Positions 17,987 through 27,429 of a stretch of DNA of 64,000 nt are shown here, piece by piece. The DNA is taken from IMG/VR virus record IMGVR_UViG_3300042922_001018. One strand, given 5' to 3'. The notes under the pieces were generated by a model that ran no database searches, was not told the DNA's origin, and worked only from the letters and a program-made list of their open reading frames with translations. How positions within the stretch are numbered: position 1 is the stretch's first letter; each line of letters begins with the position of its first letter. Both the position numbers and the translations under genes were made by a program. This DNA is from a virus. Taxonomy: Duplodnaviria > Heunggongvirae > Uroviricota > Caudoviricetes.

Positions 17987-18451
17987 GCTACGCAGTGTGC
18001 GGTGGACGAAGTCCCAGAAGCGTACGGTGGCATCGTCGAGACGTTGGTCTCGATGGTCGGCTTGTTCCCCGAGTGGCTGCGCCGCGGTGTCGAAGAAGAA
18101 GCTAAGCGTCGGACGTTCACGACGACGTGGAACATCACGGGCGAAGTGGACTCGCCTGAAGGTGCGCTCCTGTACCTTTACGCCGCGCTGTATGAACTCC
18201 GAGGCTACGCGACAGGCACGTGGTACATCCGCGATGTTGATGCGTGGCAGAAGCAGATTGAGCGCGTCTTCGAGGAGCCGGTCCGCGAAGCGGTGTCCTG
18301 GTGTTCAGCTCCCGGACTGAGCAACGGTGAGCAGGTACTCGACGGGGACTCCCGCAGCGTACGCGTCTATCACGATGGCCGCGCTGTCTGCTCCGCCAGC
18401 GAACGCTGCTACTGCGAAGGGAACTGGGACGGCTCGTGCAATGGTCTCTGA
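17906..18451 (+). CDS. hypothetical protein on the opposite strand inside the array (uncertain)
   Basis: High GC3 and protein-like composition for the first ~130 codons; the 3' 146 nt are antisense to the conserved C-terminus of gene 18305-19102. Confidence 0.3.
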   Translation: MSYRTEERFVGGLVAEKLAELQERYTHATQCAVDEVPEAYGGIVETLVSMVGLFPEWLRRGVEEEAKRRTFTTTWNITGEVDSPEGALLYLYAALYELRGYATGTWYIRDVDAWQKQIERVFEEPVREAVSWCSAPGLSNGEQVLDGDSRSVRVYHDGRAVCSASERCYCEGNWDGSCNGL

Positions 18452-19102
18452 GAGCGCTTGACCGCTGCTGACTGCGCTGTTCGGGTGCTTGTTCAGCGCG
18501 ACGACCTGCTCCATTGAGCATCCGGCACGGAGTATGTCATAGCCATCAGTTCGGTGCGTCAGCATTATCGCCCAGGCTCTACGGACGGCAAGTTCATCCG
18601 TTTCCATGAACCCTGGTGCGCGGAGGTGTTCCTGCCGGTTCCATCGCCGCAGCTCATCCAGGACATGTGTCTCTATGGAACCCAGTGCGAGAAGACCGCC
18701 GAGAGTCTCCCGGCTCGTGTACGTGATGCGGGACGCGACGTGCTCTGAAGCGTCGTACATCAACGTCGGGAAGGGCACTCCCAGCCGGATGGACTCACGT
18801 CGGATGACGCTCAGCGGGAAGGCATGGGAGAGCGCCTGCTCGAACAGCTCAGGACGCTGCTCCGATGACCGAATGATGCGCTCTGCGATAAACGTATCGA
18901 GTGCGGGTTGGGTGCTTGTCCATGAGCGGCCCTCCCCTGTCCCGTTGCGGAGAGCCTCAGGTATCCCGTCGATGAGCTGTGCATGTCGCCCAGGGTTGGT
19001 GTTCTGCTGAGGCGCCCGGCCGAAAGCGTCAGCCAGTCGAGAGTCATGCCTGTCGAGCACAGCGCCGTAACCGTGGAAGAAGACGTGCTCCTGGTCGAAC
19101 AC
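18305..19102 (-). CDS. Array subfamily B protein (265 aa)
   Basis: ARAVPVPFAVAAFAGGADSAAIVIDAYAAGVPVEYLLTVA. Confidence 0.6.
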   Translation of the reverse strand: MFDQEHVFFHGYGAVLDRHDSRLADAFGRAPQQNTNPGRHAQLIDGIPEALRNGTGEGRSWTSTQPALDTFIAERIIRSSEQRPELFEQALSHAFPLSVIRRESIRLGVPFPTLMYDASEHVASRITYTSRETLGGLLALGSIETHVLDELRRWNRQEHLRAPGFMETDELAVRRAWAIMLTHRTDGYDILRAGCSMEQVVALNKHPNSAVSSGQALSETIARAVPVPFAVAAFAGGADSAAIVIDAYAAGVPVEYLLTVAQSGS

Positions 19103-19830
19103 TACATCATCACCGCAGCGAGGTATTCCGGCGCGAGACCTGCGCGATAGGCGTCAGCAATGACACTAGGGTCGAAGACGCCCACGGACTTCATCACTTC
19201 AGCCGCGTAGACCGTCGTCGCGCCCAGTGCCGCAGCTTCAAGAGCTACTTCGGGGCGGACATCGCCGGACTTCAAGTCGGCCGCGTGGACACCACTGAGA
19301 AGGAGCGCGTATGTACCGCTGCTGCGACCGACGTAGTGCGCGCAGAACGCTTCGCGGGTTTCGTAGCTGCTCCAGTCGGGCTTCACGGAATGCAAGGTGG
19401 CGCGGAGGAGAAGCTTTTTGCCTTCGCTCTCGACGAGAGTGTCCAGGACGCTTCGCTCGATGTCGCCGAGAAGAAGCGCGATGAGCATAGCGTGGGGTCC
19501 GTCGAGGATGCACGTGTCCACGATGTCAGCGCTCAGGCCGTAGAGGAACGCCGCCGGGTGCGCGTACCCAGCGCGCCGGGCTTCGCGCTGAAGGGCTTGA
19601 ATCGGAACCTTCGAGCGGCAGATGCGTGCGAACGCCTCCGGGTGGACTTCTTTAGCCTGGCGGACGATGGCGTGCGCCATTGCCACGCCTGTGCTATCCA
19701 CGTTCGAGTGGGTGTTCGACCCGATGAGACTCTCCGGGCCGGGCTTCGCCCACGGGGTTTCCTTGCCGAAGAGGACAGCGAGACGGGGACTGTAAGCATC
19801 CAAGATGGCGTAGTCGGCAGCCCAAATCAT
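19102..19830 (-). CDS. Array subfamily B protein (~242 aa, start trimmed to MIWAADYAIL)
   Basis: Track N-terminus (94 aa Arg/Pro-rich) is an overlap artefact; ATG 19830 gives ATGA overlap with the upstream stop; C-terminus LGATTVYAAEV...RAGLAPEYLAAV. Confidence 0.55.
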   Translation of the reverse strand: MIWAADYAILDAYSPRLAVLFGKETPWAKPGPESLIGSNTHSNVDSTGVAMAHAIVRQAKEVHPEAFARICRSKVPIQALQREARRAGYAHPAAFLYGLSADIVDTCILDGPHAMLIALLLGDIERSVLDTLVESEGKKLLLRATLHSVKPDWSSYETREAFCAHYVGRSSGTYALLLSGVHAADLKSGDVRPEVALEAAALGATTVYAAEVMKSVGVFDPSVIADAYRAGLAPEYLAAVMM

Positions 19831-20519
19831 GAGGATGCTCCCACGTATTCGATGGGCACGCCGTCGCGTGACCCTGCCGCGACGATACGCGGGTCGAACT
19901 GGCTGTGCATGCTGTACACATTCAATGCGTACGAGGGGTGCGCGCCGAGCGCGATGCTTGCCCAGACCACGTCGTCGAGGGTACCTGCCCCGCGGAGAGA
20001 GTCGATGTCGGCCCCGGCGAGGAAGAGCGCGTACGCGTGGCTGGTCCCCAGAAGACGAGTCATCAGACGGTTCCGGATGCTGTACTCGGCGAAAGGGTCT
20101 CCGACATACCACTCCGCGAGAGAACGTTCGAGGAAGTGCGGCCCTTTCTCCCGCAGCAGACCGATGACTTCCGGTTCAACGGAACCCATCGTGATGATGC
20201 CGTAGAGGACGCGGCAGTCCGATGCGGCGCCGACAGCTTCGGCCACATACTGCGGGATGCCGTAGGCGAATGTGTAGAAGGGAAGGCCGAGGCTCATGGC
20301 CTCCTTGCGAAGCCCATCCGAGTCGTTCCCGTAGTCGCGCATCGCACGCTCGAACTGCTCGGGGTAGAGAGCGTGCTGCTGGATGAGACGTTCGGCGATA
20401 CCCACGCGAGCCGCCGTGTCCATCGCGGTGTCCACGTTGTAGACATCCTGACCGTACGCGAGAGCGAGCGGCCTGGAGACGGCAGCCAATGTGCCGTAGT
20501 CGCCGAAGTGGAAGTTCAC
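19827..20519 (-). CDS. Array subfamily B protein (230 aa)
   Basis: LGAHPSYALNVY...RDGVPIEYVGA. Confidence 0.6.
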   Translation of the reverse strand: MNFHFGDYGTLAAVSRPLALAYGQDVYNVDTAMDTAARVGIAERLIQQHALYPEQFERAMRDYGNDSDGLRKEAMSLGLPFYTFAYGIPQYVAEAVGAASDCRVLYGIITMGSVEPEVIGLLREKGPHFLERSLAEWYVGDPFAEYSIRNRLMTRLLGTSHAYALFLAGADIDSLRGAGTLDDVVWASIALGAHPSYALNVYSMHSQFDPRIVAAGSRDGVPIEYVGASS

Positions 20520-21211
20520 TGTCCGCCTTCTGTCAGCTCGGGAAGATACTCAGCCGGAATGCCCTCCCGATAGTACATGAGGGCAGCATCCGGGTCAAGG
20601 CCTAGGCGCAGTGCGGCGACCGCATAGTCGGGATGCACACCTAGGACGGTGCAAGCCGCGAGGTGCTCCGGATGCACAGCGAAGAGGTGACGATGTGTGA
20701 CTCCGGCACGTAGCATCGGATAGGCAAGAGCGTGCCCGATGATACGTGAGCAGAGTAGCGAGCGGGCTTCGAACTCCGTCGGTACCCTCGCGTACGTCCC
20801 CTCTGTGAAAATGACCGCAGACATTGGCCCGTCGTCATCGACTAACCCTTCTCGCAGGGTGGTGAGGATGTGCTCGTCGATATCGCCGAGCTGGCAGACG
20901 AACATCAGCTCTGCCATGTCGCCGATGAGGAAGGAGTCCGCGACATGCTTCGGCATACCGTACATCAGAGTGTAGACATGCTCGCCGTTCGCTGCGGCCC
21001 TTGCCGCGAGTCCTTCCAGGACATCGCTGCTCTCGAAGGCGCACTCGAAGTCAGCTTTCCTCTCGACATACCGTGAAGCGACCCGCTGTGCGACGTAGAT
21101 TTTCACGAAGGACGGCAAAGAGGGGTGTATCCCGTCCAGCGGCAGCATCGACGCGAGTCGTTCAGAGGCCGCGGTCAAGGTCTGCCGGTCGCCGCTCCAG
21201 AGGCTCGTCAT
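20516..21211 (-). CDS. Array subfamily B protein (231 aa)
   Basis: LGVHPDYAVAALRLGLDPDAALMYYREGIPAEYLPEL. Confidence 0.6.
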   Translation of the reverse strand: MTSLWSGDRQTLTAASERLASMLPLDGIHPSLPSFVKIYVAQRVASRYVERKADFECAFESSDVLEGLAARAAANGEHVYTLMYGMPKHVADSFLIGDMAELMFVCQLGDIDEHILTTLREGLVDDDGPMSAVIFTEGTYARVPTEFEARSLLCSRIIGHALAYPMLRAGVTHRHLFAVHPEHLAACTVLGVHPDYAVAALRLGLDPDAALMYYREGIPAEYLPELTEGGQ

Positions 21212-21879
21212 AGCGCCACCGAAACGTATTCCGGAGCGATACCGCTGTGGTAGGCGTCGGCGATGATGTGAGGGTCGATGTCGCGCTGTAGGAGTGCGCT
21301 CGCGTATCCCGGCGGGACTCCGAGGACCATGCAGGAAGTCAATGCGCCACTGTGCCGCTCTAGCATGATGTCTTCGAGAGTAGCTCCGCCGCGCATCATC
21401 GCATACGCGAACGGGGTGCCCATGACGTATTGCGCGAGGACGGACCGCGCCGCGTAGGCCGATGGCACACCCGTGAACTTACCCAGCCCGAACTTGTTCG
21501 GACCGAGCGGCTGCTTCTCGTTGCGGAGAACAAGCTGCGCCAGGACGTGTCGCTCCATGTCCCCGATTTGGATGACGCACATGAGCTGCTCGGGCGTCTG
21601 GATGTCTACCGCGTCGATGACGTACTGCGGGATACCGTAGACGAGCGTGTAGAGGTGAATCTCCTGCTCTTCGGCCGCAGTCTCTAGCGCGAGTGTCCAG
21701 CGCTCCTTGGCGAGCGCCGCATCGAAGACCTCCCGATACTTCCCGTACTGCTCGATGATGCGCTTCGCGATGTGGCGATGTATCCAGTCACCGCCGTAAT
21801 CGGTGGGTACGCCTAGCGTATCCGCGAGTACCTGGGCCGCGGGTTGCAGGGTCTTGGCATCGCCGTGCCAGAGCCTCAC
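21208..21879 (-). CDS. Array subfamily B protein (223 aa)
   Basis: LGVPPGYASALLQRDIDPHIIADAYHSGIAPEYVSVAL. Confidence 0.6.
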   Translation of the reverse strand: MRLWHGDAKTLQPAAQVLADTLGVPTDYGGDWIHRHIAKRIIEQYGKYREVFDAALAKERWTLALETAAEEQEIHLYTLVYGIPQYVIDAVDIQTPEQLMCVIQIGDMERHVLAQLVLRNEKQPLGPNKFGLGKFTGVPSAYAARSVLAQYVMGTPFAYAMMRGGATLEDIMLERHSGALTSCMVLGVPPGYASALLQRDIDPHIIADAYHSGIAPEYVSVAL

Positions 21880-22544
21880 TTCATCTCCATCAGGTACTCA
21901 ACGGGCACGCCCTCGCGGTACGCTTTGGCTACCAGCGGCGGGTCGATGTTGCCCTTCGTCTGGGCCGCGTACGCGGGGGACGCGCCGAGGATGATGCTGT
22001 CGATGACCTTCTGCGAATCCTTGTAGTCCGTCGCGGGGCGTATGCCCATCTGAAGCAGCGCATACGCGGAGTCGGCGCCGAGGAACGCAGAGCAGAAGTG
22101 CGCTCGGAGCGCGTACGCATCCGTCCACATCGCATCTCTGAACATCCCGGCGGCGAGAGGCTCGTAGTCGTTCTCTTCGCGCAGCATCTCCAGGACTTCG
22201 GGTTCGAACTCACCCGCCTTGATGAGCCACATCAGCTCATGCGGGGCTTTCACCTCGAAGGCGTCTGCCATAGCGCTCGGGACACCGTACGCCAGCTCGT
22301 AGAGGTGGATGCCCTGCTCTTTCGCAGCCTGGCGGAGGATGACTTCTTCCGGGAGCGACGAAGCCATCGCCGCATCGAAAACAGCCGTGTGTCTCCGATA
22401 CTGTTGCACGAGCTGGGCGGCAATGGGACCGCTGTAGATGGCGACGGCCCGCTGATGGTTCCCGAAGACTTCGGCGAACCGGTCCGAGATAGTCGAGAGA
22501 ATCTGGTCATTGCCCTTGAAGAAGAGCGGAAGGTTCTCAGGCAC
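21876..22544 (-). CDS. Array subfamily B protein (start GTG 22544 or ATG 22583)
   Basis: LGASPAYAAQTKGNIDPPLVAKAYREGVPVEYLMEMK. Confidence 0.55.
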   Translation of the reverse strand: MPENLPLFFKGNDQILSTISDRFAEVFGNHQRAVAIYSGPIAAQLVQQYRRHTAVFDAAMASSLPEEVILRQAAKEQGIHLYELAYGVPSAMADAFEVKAPHELMWLIKAGEFEPEVLEMLREENDYEPLAAGMFRDAMWTDAYALRAHFCSAFLGADSAYALLQMGIRPATDYKDSQKVIDSIILGASPAYAAQTKGNIDPPLVAKAYREGVPVEYLMEMK

Positions 22545-22773
22545 CGGCTGCCGCCCTGAAGTATTCGTTCGGTACGCCATCATGCTCGGAGATGTACACC
22601 TCGGTCGCCTCCCAGCGACGCTGCATGCCCGCCGCCGGACCAGTACCCGCCTCGTCCGACCAGCGGTTCAGCATGCGCCCGTCCGGAAGCTGTGCGATGC
22701 TCCAACCGTCGTAGACGCCGGGCAGCTCGATGAGGACTGCGGCTTCTGAGAACTGTTCGGACGATACGGCCAT
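22537..22773 (-). CDS. mini-ORF (78 aa) ending in DGVPNEYFRAAAGA
   Basis: Third short ORF carrying only one copy of the family motif; Trp-rich. Confidence 0.35.
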   Translation of the reverse strand: MAVSSEQFSEAAVLIELPGVYDGWSIAQLPDGRMLNRWSDEAGTGPAAGMQRRWEATEVYISEHDGVPNEYFRAAAGA

Positions 22774-22782
22774 GCGCTCAGT

Positions 22783-23607
22783 CTACGCGGCGGCGGACTG
22801 CTCTGTCAAGGCGAGAACGTATTCCAGGCTGATACCACTCGCCGCGTACTCGCGTACCTCAGACAGCGACACACCAGCGGTGGCTAGTTGAATCGCGGTG
22901 AGGACCGACTGGCGCGAACGGCCGAGCCAACGGTGAACCGTTTCGCGGTACGCGCCGCTGTCGGCGTAGTCGTCCTCCCACGATGGCCCGCCCAATCCGC
23001 CGTGGAGCCAGACGGTCGTCGCTTCCTGCTCGGTGTACTTCGCACGAGAGGAGCCGTTGATGGCGTACGCCAAGGCGAGACGTAGGAACTCGTCCACGGA
23101 GTCAGCCTTGACGAGAGCCGCGCGCGTGTTGAAAGTCCCGTCTCCGAGCGCGATAGCTTGCGACATGGCTTGAACTTGCTGGCTCGTTGTTGCCAGAGTG
23201 GTGCTAGGGGCCATAGCCGAAGGCGTGCGACGTGCGATGAAGGTCTCGAACGCGGGTGCGATATCAGTGCACACCGCAGCCCGGCTCTTCCTCGTCTTCT
23301 CAGAAGCGAGACGAATCGTCGTGTGCCGCGCCTCGTCCTCGTCATACGAATACTGTTGAGGTGCGTCGAATACAGCGGAGGCTGCCCACTCCAGCGCGGT
23401 GCCGTACTTCACATACGCTCGCGCCCAATCGACGGCTTCCGCCGGGTCCGGACGACGACCAGACGGCGGTTCGGCCGGACAGATGCGAACGTAGTCGCCT
23501 GAATCGAACCGACGCGACGCGCCCTTGTCGATGGCGGAAAGCTCTCGTTGCATGTCCGCTACCCACGGGATGTGCCGCAGGATAGTGTCGGCGCCGATGG
23601 AGAGCAT
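22783..23607 (-). CDS. Array subfamily C protein (start trimmed to MLSIGADTILRH)
   Basis: C-terminus AGVSLSEVREYAASGISLEYVLALTE; shares LRH[IV]P..A.MQ...A.D...RF..GEYR and WARAY motifs with 23639, 24427 and 54276. Confidence 0.5.
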   Translation of the reverse strand: MLSIGADTILRHIPWVADMQRELSAIDKGASRRFDSGDYVRICPAEPPSGRRPDPAEAVDWARAYVKYGTALEWAASAVFDAPQQYSYDEDEARHTTIRLASEKTRKSRAAVCTDIAPAFETFIARRTPSAMAPSTTLATTSQQVQAMSQAIALGDGTFNTRAALVKADSVDEFLRLALAYAINGSSRAKYTEQEATTVWLHGGLGGPSWEDDYADSGAYRETVHRWLGRSRQSVLTAIQLATAGVSLSEVREYAASGISLEYVLALTEQSAAA

Positions 23608-23638
23608 GGCGCCAGCGTATCGGGGAAACGGTCCGAGG

Positions 23639-24430
23639 TCAAGCGGATGGGGAATCCACCAGCGTGAGGGCATACTCCAGCTCGATGCCTGCCTCTCCGA
23701 ACTTCTTGACATCATCGAGAGGCACGTTCACGTCAGCCAGCTTCAAGGCCATGAGCATCGACTCGCGGCTCTCGCCGAACCATTCGAAGACCGCAGACTG
23801 ATAGCTGTCAACATCTTCACGAACGGTGAGCCATGCGTCAGTGTCTATCTGCGGGAACAATACGCTGGTCAGAGCGTAGAACAAGAACTCGTCCACGTTA
23901 GCCGACCGACGGAGAACGGCGATGCTCTGGAAGCGCATGTTGGAAGTCAAGTCCATGGCTCGCTCCATGAGCGCAACCTCAGAGTCCGTCTTCGCGAGCT
24001 GGGCGAGGAGCGGCATCTGGCCGGGGAAACGCCGTTCCATGAAGTCTTCGAAAGTGGGAATGATGCCGGTGCACACTCCGGCGCGCGACAGACCCGCGTG
24101 ACGTGCGGCCATCCCGAGCGCAGTGTGCTGGGCGTCGTAACCCGTGCGCGTGGGTACCGCGTAGGCTTCGCGCGCGCCATACTCCAGAACGTCCTGGTTC
24201 ACAATGTACGCTCGTGCCCAATCCGCGACCTCACCCTTCTGGCCGTATCCCTGGGCTACGGACGGGAACACCCGCCGGTACTCACCGTCGCTGAACCGCC
24301 CGAACGCTTCCAGGTCAACTGCCTGAAGACCGCTCTGCATCTGTGCGTACGACGGCACATGCCGTAGCAGAGTGTGAGGCGAAATGGTGACCATGACGCT
24401 AGTGTAGACGCGGGCAGCCCTTCCAGTCAA
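23639..24430 (-). CDS. Array subfamily C protein
   Basis: ...VNVPLDDVKKFGEAGIELEYALTLV. Confidence 0.5.
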   Translation of the reverse strand: MTGRAARVYTSVMVTISPHTLLRHVPSYAQMQSGLQAVDLEAFGRFSDGEYRRVFPSVAQGYGQKGEVADWARAYIVNQDVLEYGAREAYAVPTRTGYDAQHTALGMAARHAGLSRAGVCTGIIPTFEDFMERRFPGQMPLLAQLAKTDSEVALMERAMDLTSNMRFQSIAVLRRSANVDEFLFYALTSVLFPQIDTDAWLTVREDVDSYQSAVFEWFGESRESMLMALKLADVNVPLDDVKKFGEAGIELEYALTLVDSPSA

Positions 24431-25227
24431 GCGGTGACCGCAAGGACGTACTCCAGCGCCAGACCCTCGCGGTGGTACTCCGCGACCTGCTTGCGCGTCA
24501 CACCCATCTTCACGAGGCCCAGAGCAACTTCCCAGTCGGCGCGGCCGAGCCAGAGCTGCACCGCGTCGTGGTAGCTGTACCCATCCACCTCTTCCTGCTC
24601 AGTGCAATACAGGAGGAAGGTGAGAGTCTCACCGAAGTAGTGGCCGAGGCTCACAGCTTCGCAGACCGCGGTCCCATGATTGTAGACCCGAGTTCCTCGG
24701 AGGAGATTCGCCGCAAGATGGTACTGGTTCAGGAGGGCAATCTCTGCGGCCTCTGTTACAAGGCTCGCGTTCATGGGCGCGTCAGTACGGCCCAGTACGG
24801 TGAGGTACTTCTCGAAGATGGGAGAGATGTCTGTGGCAACGGCCGCTTCCGAAATCTGAGCTAGCCCTGCGGCGTACGAGAGGGTCTCGCCTGCGCTCTG
24901 CTCCGATAGTGGCGAGACGGAACTCAGCTTCTTGCCGAAGAAAAGCGTCGTTGACGCGGCCTTCTCCAGATGAGGCGCGTGCGCCAGGTACCCCCGTGCC
25001 CAGCTTGCGCTGCGGGCGGGATGTGTCCAGTAGTTCTCGTCAGGCCGGAAGTGCTCTCGATACTCGCCCCGCTCGAAACGGCCTGCGGCTTCTGGGTCCA
25101 GCCCGAGGAGCGCTTCGTGCATGCTGGAGTAGTTCGGCCGTGTACGAGCCAGCCCAGATTCGAGCTGGCTCGTCATGCCAACTCGCGAAGCATCAAGGCG
25201 TATTCCGGAGCGAGACCGTTGCGCCAT
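24427..25227 (-). CDS. Array subfamily C protein (start possibly 25176)
   Basis: ...MGVTRKQVAEYHREGLALEYVLAVTA. Confidence 0.5.
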   Translation of the reverse strand: MAQRSRSGIRLDASRVGMTSQLESGLARTRPNYSSMHEALLGLDPEAAGRFERGEYREHFRPDENYWTHPARSASWARGYLAHAPHLEKAASTTLFFGKKLSSVSPLSEQSAGETLSYAAGLAQISEAAVATDISPIFEKYLTVLGRTDAPMNASLVTEAAEIALLNQYHLAANLLRGTRVYNHGTAVCEAVSLGHYFGETLTFLLYCTEQEEVDGYSYHDAVQLWLGRADWEVALGLVKMGVTRKQVAEYHREGLALEYVLAVTA

Positions 25228-25667
25228 GCCGCGATGATGTCGTTCACCGGTATTGGTGTTCCGTTCGCTTCCGGGTGGTACGCGCGGAGGTAGTCGAGGG
25301 GAACACCCGCCTTGTAGAGTTTCCGCGCGCTCCGCAGCATCTCTTCCTGCTTTGCGATGCGGGCGTCACCGTCTCTCTTCCAGATGTGAGAGTAACGCCC
25401 GAAGAACTCACGGACCCAGTCCACGGTGTCTTCCTCAGCCGGGTCGGCGCCGAGCATGTATGGGAAGCGTAGGAGAACGCCGACGGGCGGGCGCTCAGGG
25501 CGGTACGGGTACCGTTCGCCTTCGAGGCTCACCTGGAAGATGGCAACGAAGAATCGGTCGAATACCGCGTAGTCGTTGTGGAAGCTGCGCTCGATGATGG
25601 TGTACTGCTTCGCCGAGAGACCGCTGAGCTGGTGCTGGATGAAATCGCGGAGCTTCTGGTCAGCCAT
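25173..25667 (-). CDS. Array subfamily A protein (164 aa)
   Basis: SFHNDYAVFDRF...AGVPLDYLRAYHPEANGTPIPVNDIIAAWRNGLAPEYALML. Confidence 0.6.
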   Translation of the reverse strand: MADQKLRDFIQHQLSGLSAKQYTIIERSFHNDYAVFDRFFVAIFQVSLEGERYPYRPERPPVGVLLRFPYMLGADPAEEDTVDWVREFFGRYSHIWKRDGDARIAKQEEMLRSARKLYKAGVPLDYLRAYHPEANGTPIPVNDIIAAWRNGLAPEYALMLRELA

Positions 25668-26187
25668 GCCCGTTCCTCAGGATGAGTGCGTATTCGACCG
25701 GGATACCCGCATTCCAGTAGCTCAGGATTTCGTCCACGGGAATGGCGGTCCGCGCTTCGGTGGGGTGGAATGCGCGAAGGTAGTGGAGGGGCACGCCGCC
25801 GTCGGCGAGGTGTTGCGCTTCGCTCAGGATGCGCGCAACCGGCGGACGGGGTTTCCCGAAGACGTGGGAGTACCTGTCAAGGAACTCGGTAGCCCATTCC
25901 CGAGCTTCGGCTTCGCGCGGTGACCGGCCGAAGACCACCGGAGCGTGAAGGAGGAACGCTGCACTCCATCGGTGACGCGGCTGCGGCCCGAACTTGGTGG
26001 CGGTCTCTTCGCGAGTCTGCCAGAACGGCCAGTCAGTGATGTCGATTTCCGTGACCGCCTTACTGAAGTCAGCAAGAACATCGAGGTCATGCTCGAAACT
26101 GGCCGCGATAGCCGCCTGGCGCTCGTCTGAGACGCCCAGACCACTCAGGTAGTAGTCCACGACGACTTCGATGGTTTCGGCCGTCAC
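25660..26187 (-). CDS. Array subfamily A protein (175 aa)
   Basis: SFEHDLDVLADF...GGVPLHYLRAFHPTEARTAIPVDEILSYWNAGIPVEYALIL. Confidence 0.6.
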   Translation of the reverse strand: MTAETIEVVVDYYLSGLGVSDERQAAIAASFEHDLDVLADFSKAVTEIDITDWPFWQTREETATKFGPQPRHRWSAAFLLHAPVVFGRSPREAEAREWATEFLDRYSHVFGKPRPPVARILSEAQHLADGGVPLHYLRAFHPTEARTAIPVDEILSYWNAGIPVEYALILRNGHG

Positions 26188-26687
26188 AGGGCGCTCCTAG
26201 CGGTCAGAAGGTACTCTACAGAGACGCCAGAGACCCACAACTCGCGCAGCTCCGCAACGTTCGTGATGCCAGCCCGCATCAGAGACTCGATGAACGTGCC
26301 GGAGACACGCTCTTCTATGAAGGTACGAGCTTGTCGCCGCGAAAGCAGCGCCTCAGACCCACGCAGTTCCCAGCCGTTCGTCGTCAAGCGACCCCACGCG
26401 GCTGCGTCCGGGGCAGACGCTCGCTGTCGCAGCATGAGAGGCGTCGCGATGATGCGGCCCACTCCGTCTGGAACGAATGTCGGAGCGGAATCCTTCCACA
26501 TCTCAGCGACCGTATCCGAACCGGTCACAGCAGTCAGGTACGAGTTCACGAGGTCTGGCTTGCCGTTGAAGCTTTCACGGATGTCCCGGACTTCTGTCGG
26601 TGTGGGCCGAAGCCCACGCTTCAGCCCCTTGCTGGGACTCCACGCCCAACGGCGTACATAGTCCTCGAAGGAGAGAAGCTCGGTCAC
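26184..26687 (-). CDS. Array family protein, divergent (167 aa)
   Basis: RAGITNVAELRELWVSGVSVEYLLTARSAL. Confidence 0.5.
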   Translation of the reverse strand: MTELLSFEDYVRRWAWSPSKGLKRGLRPTPTEVRDIRESFNGKPDLVNSYLTAVTGSDTVAEMWKDSAPTFVPDGVGRIIATPLMLRQRASAPDAAAWGRLTTNGWELRGSEALLSRRQARTFIEERVSGTFIESLMRAGITNVAELRELWVSGVSVEYLLTARSAL

Positions 26688-26718
26688 CTCATCAGACTAC
26701 AGCAGCGGCGGTCCTGAG

Positions 26719-27429
26719 TCAAGGTGTGTACGCGGCAGGAAGAACCACGCGCCACTGCAAGCTACCCTCGACCATGGTGAAGCCTTCAGCCTCGAACAGC
26801 TTCACCATGCCAGGCAGATGGGCCGCACCCCAGTACAGAACGTGGGCGGGTGCGCTGGAGAACATCACGCTGCTCACAGCGTATTCGTTCCGGCGGTGCA
26901 GAATGTTCTTGGACAAGTCGCCGCCGATGAAGAGGCTGAGGAACCCCGGCATGACGGGCAGTAGGCGAAGCATCGCGAGAACCGTGTCCGGAGACGACTT
27001 CAAGATGTCGAGGTCCATGCGCCCGAGCTTCTCCAGGCGCCGGACGGTACGCGGCTTTAGAGCGCGGGCGATGTCGAGAGCCGACATATCTACCGGAATC
27101 CAGCGGGCATCCGCAGCAGCGAAAGCGTCTTTCTGGTACACGAGGCCAGTGGTCTCAGCGAGCAGCTTGCTCACGTCGCCCAGGGTAGTGATGGTGTTCA
27201 GGCGCGCCTGCTCCTCGGCGGTCACCTTCTCGGAGACCGGGCGGACGCCTTCCAGGTGAATGGTCCGGCCTTCGGCTTCCCACCGCCTCAACATGGCGAT
27301 GTCATGGTCCCAGGAATCCTGCGTAGCGACATGCTGGACGGCGACGAGCGTTACCGTATGCCCGTACGAGTTCCGGAGGAGGACCGTGCCCATCTCCGAA
27401 CCGCGCGCGGTTCGACGAGTGTACTTCAT
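26719..27429 (-). CDS. Possible TraB/GumN (TIKI)-like family protein inserted in the array
   Basis: 236 aa; C-terminal LYWGAAHLPGMVKLFEAEGFTMVEG resembles the GumN [AV]GAAHL.G motif; weak assignment. Confidence 0.4.
   Translation of the reverse strand: MKYTRRTARGSEMGTVLLRNSYGHTVTLVAVQHVATQDSWDHDIAMLRRWEAEGRTIHLEGVRPVSEKVTAEEQARLNTITTLGDVSKLLAETTGLVYQKDAFAAADARWIPVDMSALDIARALKPRTVRRLEKLGRMDLDILKSSPDTVLAMLRLLPVMPGFLSLFIGGDLSKNILHRRNEYAVSSVMFSSAPAHVLYWGAAHLPGMVKLFEAEGFTMVEGSLQWRVVLPAAYTP

Noticed and set aside
18979-20205. 408-aa plus-strand ORF
   Set aside because: Antisense to array genes 19102-20519; Arg-rich junk.
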